64,000 nt of DNA from an uncultured Verrucomicrobiota bacterium (GTDB lineage Bacteria > Verrucomicrobiota > Kiritimatiellia > RFP12 > UBA3636), in contig CALDQE010000074.1 of the NCBI GenBank assembly GCA_937911295.1, positions 46,959 through 110,958 of the forward strand. Reading direction: 5' to 3'. Under the pieces are notes generated by a model. The model saw only the letters and a list, made by a program, of their open reading frames with translations, was not told where the DNA came from and searched no databases. The position numbers and the translations under genes were made by a program. This document shows positions 28,921-36,782 of this stretch, piece by piece. How positions within the stretch are numbered: the first letter of the stretch is position 1; each line of letters starts with the position of its first letter.

Positions 28921-29339
28921 TTTAAGTCCTTGAAACTCAACGATAATTGTGCTACCGCATTAAGAACTCTTTCATAAAAGTACATTACCACATTCAAACG
29001 GAGCATTATAAAAGAGCACAATTCTTTCAATCCTACTTATTACTGTCACAGCACCTAGCTTTGCGGCAAGACTAACGTTTGCTATAACATTCGTCAAATG
29101 CCGTTTTACAATGCGATAAACCAATGCCAATTTGGGGAAGTACAACTCCTGGCGACACTGGCAAATGAATGGTCTCTTTTCCAGCACACAAGGCTTCCAC
29201 TCGGCACATCTGAGCTAGAAATTAAAGAAATAAAACCATAATATTACATTAAAATTTTTAAAATAAAAAAGTCCCCCAATGCCAATTAAAGCACAAAGGA
29301 ACTTTTTTATATATTGGCCAACAAACAACAAGCCTGCAA

Positions 29340-29735
29340 TTAGTGAGAACAATGCGTTGAACCACAACCGTGATTACCGCAGGTGTGTCCATTCCCTTCA
29401 TGATGATGATTGCAGTGGAAATTTTCGCGAACCTGTAAGGTGCCGTTTAGCAATGCTTCGACTACAACCCTAACATCACCCTCTGCTCCACCAACAACTT
29501 GTATGCCGGCAGTAGCTAAAGCATTGATAGCTCCTCCTCCTATTCCGCCACAAATCAAAACATCTACCTTTTCTTCAGCTAATATGCCTGCCAATGCACC
29601 ATGGCCAGATTCGCCACAGGAAAGTAGTTTCTCTGAAATAATTTTCTTACCCTCTACTTCAAATATCGCAAATTCAGGTGTGTGCCCAAAATGCTGAAAT
29701 ACTTGACCATTTTCACATGTTACTGCAATTTTCAT
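29340..29735 (-). CDS. NifX/NifB-like dinitrogenase FeMo-cofactor-binding-domain protein with a C-terminal His/Cys-rich tail
   Basis: MKIAV..ENG.V..HFGHT.EF..FEV is the NifX_NifB-domain pattern. The tail is HCNHHHEGNGHTCGNHGCGSTHCSH. Confidence 0.7.
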   Translation of the reverse strand: MKIAVTCENGQVFQHFGHTPEFAIFEVEGKKIISEKLLSCGESGHGALAGILAEEKVDVLICGGIGGGAINALATAGIQVVGGAEGDVRVVVEALLNGTLQVRENFHCNHHHEGNGHTCGNHGCGSTHCSH

Positions 29736-29746
29736 ATATTTTCCTC

Positions 29747-32125
29747 CTATATAAAAAGTGTGTTATTACTATTTTTTGCTAATGCGGCAAAGGTTGCTGC
29801 ACCAGCCACTTCGTCTACTTCCAATAATTCCTCACGAGTTATCCCCATGACATCCATTGCCATATCGCAGGCGATAAACTTAACTCCAGCCTCTTTGGCA
29901 GAAGCCATTAATTCTGGTAGAGTCAGGACGTTCTTCTGCTTCATTACTCTCTTCATTATGACACTACCCATTCCAAGCATATTCATCTTAGAAAGAGTAA
30001 GCTTGCTTGCACCACGTGGTAGCAAAAAGCCAAACATACGAGAAATAAAATTCTTCTTGACGGCAGGGGCTGGATTCTTTCTTAATACAGATAGCCCCCA
30101 GAATGTAAAGAAGATACTTACCTTTGCCCCACTTGCAGCCAATCCATTAGCAAGAATCATAGCAGCCATTGCCTTGTCAAAATCATTACTGAATAGGACC
30201 ATTGCTACCTCATGATTTTGTGGCAGGGTAGATGAAGTGCCAGTAGGTGTTGTATTCTTAATTACATCTACTTCCATATAATCCTCAACATGCTTTAAAT
30301 TTGCAATAGTTGCTCCATTATTCCTTGCCCAATTTAATAAGTCGGTTTCAAATGTAGACGCAGCCAAAAGATGGATTACTGAATTTTCTTGGGCTTCTGC
30401 AATTTCGCTTTTTAGCTTCATTACAGGACCTGGGCAAGGCAGAGTGCGAACGTCAATTGTCTTACCTATAGCAGCAGGTGTTTCTATTTTCTTTGCTGCT
30501 TGAGGCTTTGCTTTATTTTGCTCTGGAAAGAAAAGCTTCCATCCCAACCAGCCACCAGAGAGATTTGCAGCATTAAACCCATTTTGCTTTAAGATTCTCT
30601 CTGCCAAATAACCACGCAAGCCTACTTGACAGCAGCAAACAATGAGCTTACTCTTATCTAGCTCATCAAGACGCTCCCTAAGCTTACCTAGAGGGATGTT
30701 GAGTGCATTGGGTATTGCTCCAAGTGCATTCTCCTCTGGCTCACGCACATCCAGCACAACAGCATCTGCAGGAATAGTATCAGGATAGACAACATCAGAA
30801 AGTCCAGACAAAATGTTTTCTGCAACAAAGCCCGCAAAGTTCACCGGATCCTTTGCTGAGCTATATGGTGGTGCATACGCAAGCTCAAGCTCACCTAGTT
30901 CAGGTGCTCTCATGCCCCTACGCATAGCTGTGGCAATAGAATCAATTCGTTTATCAACACCTTTGCCACCTACGATTTGAGCCCCAAAAATTGTTCCATC
31001 ATCACCAAAAAGCAGCTTTAGTGTCATGCGATTTCCACCAGGATAATACGAGGCATTAGATGCTGGATGAAGATACAGCTTATGGAATTTCTTTCCATCA
31101 CGTAACAGGGCTGCTTCCGTCATTCCAACCGATGCTGCAGTTAGATGACCTACCTTAACAACACTTGTTCCAAAGCTATCCTTGTAGGAGGAACTACCGC
31201 CTGCAATATTGTTTGCAGCAATGCGTCCCTGTTTATTTGCCGGTCCCGCTAAAGGTACAGCAGCAAAAGAATAAGGAGAATGCTCGTCTAATTCAATTAC
31301 ATCGCCTGCAGCATATATGTTTATGTCGGATGTTTGAAGAAATTTATTAACCTTAATGTGACCCCGGGGACCACACTCAAGCCCACATTCTTTAGCTATA
31401 GCAGAATTTGGCATTACGCCAGTAGAAATGATTACAACATCGGCAATAATTTTGTCTCCGCAATCCATTTCAATCTCAACGGCACCATCCTTTGATTTAT
31501 AGTTTTTTACTGTACAATTATAGCGAACAGAGATGCCTCTACGTTCTAGTTCTTGAGCAAGAGGTGTTGCCATTTCTTTATCAATGGTTGGTAACACATG
31601 TGCTCCGCGCTGAATAACAGTTACATCTAGACCCTTTTCGTTAAGATTTTCTGCTGCTTCAAGGCCAATAAAGCCCGCACCAACGATTACGGCCTTTTTA
31701 GCATCGGATAGACTTTTTAGCACCATCTCCATATCCTTGAAGGTCCAGAGGTTGAATACATTGGGTATTGAGCTTTTTTCATTAGGAGTAGCACCTGTAG
31801 CAATGAGAAGCTTATCATATCCTTCTTCATATTCACCACTAGGAGTTTTGCACAAAACAGTCTTTTGTTCGCGGTTTATTTTGACAACTTCGCATTCTGT
31901 TCTTACATCTACATTAAACCATGCTGCAAATTTCTTTGCGGGCATAACAAGAAGGTTATCCTTCTCTGGAATTACACCGCCAAGATGGTATGGCAACCCA
32001 CAATTTGCATATGAGATAATTTTCCCTTTTTCTAATAAAATAATGCGACAATTTTCGTCAAGTCTGCGCAAGCGTGCTGCAGCACTGGCACCGGCAGCCA
32101 CTCCACCAATAATAATAACTGTCAT
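29747..32125 (-). CDS. Four-domain CoA-disulfide reductase / rhodanese / TusA-like / DsrE-like fusion protein (NADH-dependent persulfide-reductase-type)
   Basis: The FAD/NAD Rossmann motifs are VIIIGGVAAGASAA and VIVGAGFIGLE. The CoADR single active Cys is in SYANCGLPY, the rhodanese Cys in CCCQVGLRG, and the TusA CPxP in LPCPGP. A DsrE-like C-terminus follows. Confidence 0.85.
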   Translation of the reverse strand: MTVIIIGGVAAGASAAARLRRLDENCRIILLEKGKIISYANCGLPYHLGGVIPEKDNLLVMPAKKFAAWFNVDVRTECEVVKINREQKTVLCKTPSGEYEEGYDKLLIATGATPNEKSSIPNVFNLWTFKDMEMVLKSLSDAKKAVIVGAGFIGLEAAENLNEKGLDVTVIQRGAHVLPTIDKEMATPLAQELERRGISVRYNCTVKNYKSKDGAVEIEMDCGDKIIADVVIISTGVMPNSAIAKECGLECGPRGHIKVNKFLQTSDINIYAAGDVIELDEHSPYSFAAVPLAGPANKQGRIAANNIAGGSSSYKDSFGTSVVKVGHLTAASVGMTEAALLRDGKKFHKLYLHPASNASYYPGGNRMTLKLLFGDDGTIFGAQIVGGKGVDKRIDSIATAMRRGMRAPELGELELAYAPPYSSAKDPVNFAGFVAENILSGLSDVVYPDTIPADAVVLDVREPEENALGAIPNALNIPLGKLRERLDELDKSKLIVCCCQVGLRGYLAERILKQNGFNAANLSGGWLGWKLFFPEQNKAKPQAAKKIETPAAIGKTIDVRTLPCPGPVMKLKSEIAEAQENSVIHLLAASTFETDLLNWARNNGATIANLKHVEDYMEVDVIKNTTPTGTSSTLPQNHEVAMVLFSNDFDKAMAAMILANGLAASGAKVSIFFTFWGLSVLRKNPAPAVKKNFISRMFGFLLPRGASKLTLSKMNMLGMGSVIMKRVMKQKNVLTLPELMASAKEAGVKFIACDMAMDVMGITREELLEVDEVAGAATFAALAKNSNNTLFI

Positions 32126-32380
32126 AATATAATCCTTTCCCTATTATTATTTCTCACAAAGACGTTTATTACGATTTTCTGCGACACCTTCGAGAAATTT
32201 TCGCACACAATGCTCTACCTTTGCAATCTCCATTGCAATCCAGAGTCTGAGAGGATCTGGTCATAAAAACACCACTTATATTTTGTTGTTTGACATAATA
32301 TCCAAACAATTTAAAAAAATCAAGAAATTTTATTCTACAGTGTTTTTTGCAAAAACAAGTCTCTCAAAACCCCTAAAACC

Positions 32381-32438
32381 TCCGAACCTCCTAATCTCCA
32401 GAACTCTGAAAACCACACTGCGTGTGCTCCCAGTTAGC
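32381..32438 (+). repeat. Left copy of a 58-bp inverted repeat (plus orientation), partner at 36501..36558
   Basis: The sequence CCTAATCTCCAGAACTCTGAAAACCACACTGCGTGTGCTCCCAGTTAGCGACGACGGC matches the reverse complement of 36501-36558 at about 85%. Confidence 0.65.
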
Positions 32439-32464
32439 GACGACGGCACTGGCGTCAGCGTGTT

Positions 32465-32820
32465 ATTATGACAAAGACGCGAGACGGTTGAGCGACGCGA
32501 GACAACCGAAGACGTGAGACGTTAGACATTGAACGGACATGAGACGCTTAGACAATTAGACACCCCATCGCGTTGACACGCGACCCTTCCTGCGTTGACA
32601 CGCACCCTTGAGACACTAGACTAGAGACTTGAGACATTAGACACGGACACGAGACCCAAGACAATTAGACGGCGAACGGACACGAGACGATTAGACACTG
32701 AGTGCTAACTGTTGTTAATCGTTTCTCTTTCAGTGATCTTGCCGTCTTATCGTCTAATTGTCCTTGCTGTAGTGCATTGGTGTGACGAGAGACGCGAGAC
32801 GGTTGTGCGACGTGAGACGT
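32465..32820. repeat. GC-rich low-complexity element made of about 25 degenerate GAGAC / TTAGACA units, with an internal imperfect palindrome and about 40-bp terminal direct repeats
   Basis: Units recur every 8-11 bp across 32471-32687. An inverted arm lies at 32721-32753 (CGTCTTATCGTCTAATTGTC). The terminal direct repeats are 32465-32519 and 32779-32820 (AGACGCGAGACGGTTG[A/T]GCGACG..TGAGACGTTAGAC). Confidence 0.7.
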
Positions 32821-32844
32821 TAGACGCTTGAAATAAATTTAAAC

Positions 32845-34176
32845 TTATTTCATTATCAATTCAACGACAGGTATTGCAACCTGTGGATGCTTAATTGGCA
32901 AGCGAAGTGTAACAGTTCCCTCTGGTAAATCCTCGTTGTTCCATGCCTTCTTGGCATTCTCAACAAAATTAATCTCTGAACCATCGTGCAAGAATTGTGC
33001 ATAAGCTATTTTTCCTGCAAGCCCAGGAAGATTTAGACGTGCCAAAGGCCAATCTGTAATGTGCACATATAGACGCCTTGTCTTTGGATTCCATGTGTAA
33101 CGAGTACCATTTGCCTCTACATACTCTTCTGGTGCCATTGTGCATCCATAAATAGAGCGACTATTGTATTTCATCCATCTTGCAAAGTCGTTTAAACGCT
33201 CAATTGCTCGATAATCAAAATAACCGCGTGCGGTAGGACCTACATTCATAATTAGATTGCCGCCACGTGCAACATGCTTGATAAGCATCTCAATGCACTG
33301 CCTTTCGCTCTTCCAGGTATCTTCGTCACGTGCGTAGCCCCATGAACCAGAGAAGGTTTGGCAACCCTCCCAGACAGCAATACTTCCATCCTCATTGCGA
33401 GGAGCATTTTCTGGCTGAAATTGCTCTGGAGTTACAATGCTCTTCATCTCAGGAAGATCTAGGCGATTATTGATAATTGTGTCAGGAGAAAGCTTTTTAA
33501 CAAGCTTAACAAGCTTTTCGCTCTCCCAATCTTCTCTACCCTTGCCCTTAAGCCCATTAACTACAAGATTTGGATAAGAGAAATCAAACCAAAGAATATC
33601 AATATGCCCATAGTTTGTCAAAAGCTCAGTAACCTGATCTCGCATATATTTTGCATACTTGCGAACATCACGCTTTTTGTTCAACTCTGCTGCTTCAGGA
33701 AGATTTCTCTGTGGATGATGTCCGTCTATTGGGAACTCAGGATGATGCCAATCAAGAAGAGAATAGTAAAATCCAATCTTGATACCTTCTGCTCTAAAGG
33801 CGTCAACAATCTCTTTTAATAGGTCACGCTTGGCTGGTGTATTTGTTGCCTTGTAGTCTGTATATTTTGAATCCCACAAGCAAAAGCCCTCATGGTGTTT
33901 TGTTGTGATAACAAAATACTTCATTCCTGCTTCTTTAGCCATGCGTGCCCATTCCTTAGCATCAAGCATATCTGGGTCAAAATTATCAAAATATTTTTGA
34001 TACTGCTCATCTGTTAGGAACAAATGATTTTTTCTCCATTCGTGTACAGCTGGTAGAGCATATAGACCCCAGTGAATAAACATTCCAAAACGGGCCTCAG
34101 TAAACCAGTCATATTGGTTGACCTTCTTTGCGGAAGGTTTTTTTACATTCTTGTTTGTTTTCATATTTACTCCCAA
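32845..34176 (-). CDS. Alpha-L-fucosidase, glycoside hydrolase family 29, with no signal peptide
   Basis: It has the GH29 N-terminal motif ARFGMFIHWGLYA and HHEGFCLWDS, and the 443-aa length fits. Confidence 0.85.
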   Translation of the reverse strand: MGVNMKTNKNVKKPSAKKVNQYDWFTEARFGMFIHWGLYALPAVHEWRKNHLFLTDEQYQKYFDNFDPDMLDAKEWARMAKEAGMKYFVITTKHHEGFCLWDSKYTDYKATNTPAKRDLLKEIVDAFRAEGIKIGFYYSLLDWHHPEFPIDGHHPQRNLPEAAELNKKRDVRKYAKYMRDQVTELLTNYGHIDILWFDFSYPNLVVNGLKGKGREDWESEKLVKLVKKLSPDTIINNRLDLPEMKSIVTPEQFQPENAPRNEDGSIAVWEGCQTFSGSWGYARDEDTWKSERQCIEMLIKHVARGGNLIMNVGPTARGYFDYRAIERLNDFARWMKYNSRSIYGCTMAPEEYVEANGTRYTWNPKTRRLYVHITDWPLARLNLPGLAGKIAYAQFLHDGSEINFVENAKKAWNNEDLPEGTVTLRLPIKHPQVAIPVVELIMK

Positions 34177-34302
34177 TAATTATAATGTACGTAAAGTAGA
34201 GTTCTTGATAAAAAAGTTTGCTTTATTCTTTTAACAATAATGCATAACAAAAATCGCTTTTCAAACTAATATGGGCTTGTGCTGCGAATGTGGAAGTGAG
34301 GA

Positions 34303-36033
34303 CTATTGCTTCTTTGACCAAGAGTCGCGTAGAGTTGCGACGCGGTTAAAGATAGGAGCTCCTTGCTTGGAGTCAATAGCATCTGCACAGAAGTATCCCA
34401 TGCGCTCAAACTGAATTTGTGCTCCCGGTGCTAGGTCAACTACTGCTGGCTCAGCAAGAACGGTTGCATTTACTAGAGAATCTGGATTTAGAAATTCCAA
34501 GAAATCCTTTTCTGAATCTGCTAGTGGATCTTCTACGCTGAATAGGCGGTCATATAGACGAACTGGCAGCTCGACTGCATGCTTTGCTGAAACCCAATGA
34601 ATTGTGCCTCGTACAACACGACCATCTGGGCTGGTGCCGCCACGTGATTCTAGGTCCATTGTTCCGTGGATTTCTAGTAATTTACCATTCTCATCCTCAA
34701 CAATGTGTGTGCAAGTAAATAGGCATGCATAGCGAAGGCGAACCTCTCTACCAATTGCAAGGCGATAGAACTTCTTTGGAGGATCTTTCATAAAGTCTGC
34801 ACGCTCAACCCATAATTCCTTGCTGAAAGGAATTTGTCTTTCTCCGGCGGATGGATCTTCAGGGTTGTTGATGCCAGTGAAGAATTCTTCTTCATTATCT
34901 GGATAGTTGTCAATAACAAGCTTTACGGGATCAAATACACCTAGGTAGCGAGGAGCGGTTTTGTTTAACTCTTCGCGAACTGCTTGCTCTAGGATAGACA
35001 TATCTGTGTTGCTGATGTATTTTGTAACGCCAATGCCTTCGCAGAATTTGCGGATAGCTGCAGCAGGGTAGCCACGGCGGCGCATGCCGCAGATTGTTGG
35101 CATACGTGGATCATCCCACCCATTGACGCGTTTCTCTTGAACAAGCTGCAAGAGCTTGCGCTTTGACATTACTGTATAGGTAAGATTTAGACGAGAGAAT
35201 TCACGCTGTTGAGGGCGGATTGTTACTCCACCACGCTTTACGAGCATATCAAATTCTTCCAGACGATCAATTACCCAATCGTAAAGAGGACGATGCACTT
35301 CAAATTCTAGTGTGCACATAGAGTGCGTTACTCCCTCAAGTGCATCCTCAATTGGATGAGCAAAGTCATACATTGGGTAAATACACCATTTATTGCCAGC
35401 ATGATAGTGCTCAACATGAATGATGCGATAAAGAACAGGGTCACGGAAATGGATATTAGGAGAAGCCATATCAATCTTTGCACGCAGACACATTTCACCA
35501 TCAGCAAATTCGCCTGCTTTCATGCGACGGAATAGGTCAAGATTCTCTTCAACAGAAGCATTACGGGTAGGGCTCTCTTTACCTGGCTCTGTAGGGATGC
35601 CACGATATGCTTTCCATTCTTCTTGGGAAAGCTTGCAAACATAGGCATGTCCAGCAATAATTAGCTTCTCTGCAATTTCATACATTGTATCAAAAAGGTC
35701 AGCTGCACTATAGAAATGCTCACCCCAATCAAACCCTAACCAATGAATATCGCGCTTGATATTGTCTGCATATTCATCTGATTCTTTTGACGGGTTTGTA
35801 TCATCCATACGAAGGTGGCATTCGCCGCCAAAATACTCTGCCATACCAAAATCAACACAGATAGCCTTAGCGTGACCGATGTGGATGTATCCATTAGGCT
35901 CAGGAGGGAAGCGAGTAACTACCTTGCCACCAGTTCTACCTGCCTCAACATCAGCAGCAATCCATTGCTGTAGAAAATGTCCTGTATTTTCAGTAGTACA
36001 TTTATCATTCAAATTAAGCTCATTTATATCCAT
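34303..36033 (-). CDS. glnS: Glutamine--tRNA ligase
   Basis: It has the class I HIGH motif (PEPNGYIHIGHAK) and the GlnRS-type catalytic core followed by anticodon-binding beta-barrels. The 576-aa length fits. Confidence 0.9.
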   Translation of the reverse strand: MDINELNLNDKCTTENTGHFLQQWIAADVEAGRTGGKVVTRFPPEPNGYIHIGHAKAICVDFGMAEYFGGECHLRMDDTNPSKESDEYADNIKRDIHWLGFDWGEHFYSAADLFDTMYEIAEKLIIAGHAYVCKLSQEEWKAYRGIPTEPGKESPTRNASVEENLDLFRRMKAGEFADGEMCLRAKIDMASPNIHFRDPVLYRIIHVEHYHAGNKWCIYPMYDFAHPIEDALEGVTHSMCTLEFEVHRPLYDWVIDRLEEFDMLVKRGGVTIRPQQREFSRLNLTYTVMSKRKLLQLVQEKRVNGWDDPRMPTICGMRRRGYPAAAIRKFCEGIGVTKYISNTDMSILEQAVREELNKTAPRYLGVFDPVKLVIDNYPDNEEEFFTGINNPEDPSAGERQIPFSKELWVERADFMKDPPKKFYRLAIGREVRLRYACLFTCTHIVEDENGKLLEIHGTMDLESRGGTSPDGRVVRGTIHWVSAKHAVELPVRLYDRLFSVEDPLADSEKDFLEFLNPDSLVNATVLAEPAVVDLAPGAQIQFERMGYFCADAIDSKQGAPIFNRVATLRDSWSKKQ

Positions 36034-36500
36034 AGGTGCCTCTTTCTACTTAATAAAATTATTATAAAAATTTTATCATTCTTGGGCTATTCATTCAAGA
36101 ATAAGTGTGCATAATTATGGGATTTTCGTTAAAAATATGCCATATATTATTATACACAGCATATACACTGCTACAGGCGTGCAGAAGTGTTGCAAAAACG
36201 ATTTTCCAAAGCAACACAATAAAAATACTCGCCAATAGCGAAAAAACACTCCAGAGTGCGATTCCAGACTTTTCTCAGGGCAAGATTTGCACTCTCATCC
36301 AGAGTCAACTCAAAAGGAAATTTATGACACCTAAACCTATTATATTTAGTACTTTTGCGAAAATGTGGTTTCGAACAAGGGTTGTCACATTATCCGTGTA
36401 CGTGTAAGGGACAGAGACTTTTATCTAATCACTGTGGGTTTTGGGGGTTTGTGTTAAGCGAAAGCAATGAGTGAAACGATTTAAACGCTCCCGCTGTGGC

Positions 36501-36558
36501 CTTCGGCGCTAACTGGGAGCACACGTAGTGTGGTTTCCCTGAGATTTGGAGATTAGGC
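36501..36558 (-). repeat. Right copy of the 58-bp inverted repeat (minus orientation)
   Basis: It is the reverse complement of 32381-32438 at about 85% and sits in a GC-rich 750-bp non-coding region upstream of glnS. Confidence 0.65.
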
Positions 36559-36705
36559 GGGGTTGTGGTTGAATTGACTGGTTGGGGTCAGAGCCCCAAC
36601 CCAACGATATAAATTACGTTTTCTCGGAACGGTAGGGCATCGTCCCCAACCCCAGCGGTGTCACTTCAAGCTTGTGACTCTGGGTGCAACAGCGTATGCG
36701 TATAC

Positions 36706-36750
36706 AAAAAGACTGCCTGCTTGCTTAATGCTAGCGGCAGCCTTTTTTGT
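36706..36750. terminator. Bidirectional rho-independent terminator downstream of the Fn3 surface-protein gene
   Basis: It reads AAAAAGACTGCCtgcttgcttaatgctagcGGCAGCCTTTTTT. Confidence 0.7.
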
Positions 36751-36782
36751 ATATAACTGGTTAATTATCCTTTAGAAAAGTA

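Noticed and set aside
29682-30215. 177-aa plus-strand ORF
   Set aside because: It is antisense within the well-supported CoADR-rhodanese gene, with no homology signal.
36105-36407. 100-aa plus-strand ORF in the glnS upstream region
   Set aside because: It has no RBS and no recognisable motif, and it lies within the structured non-coding region. It is probably non-coding.
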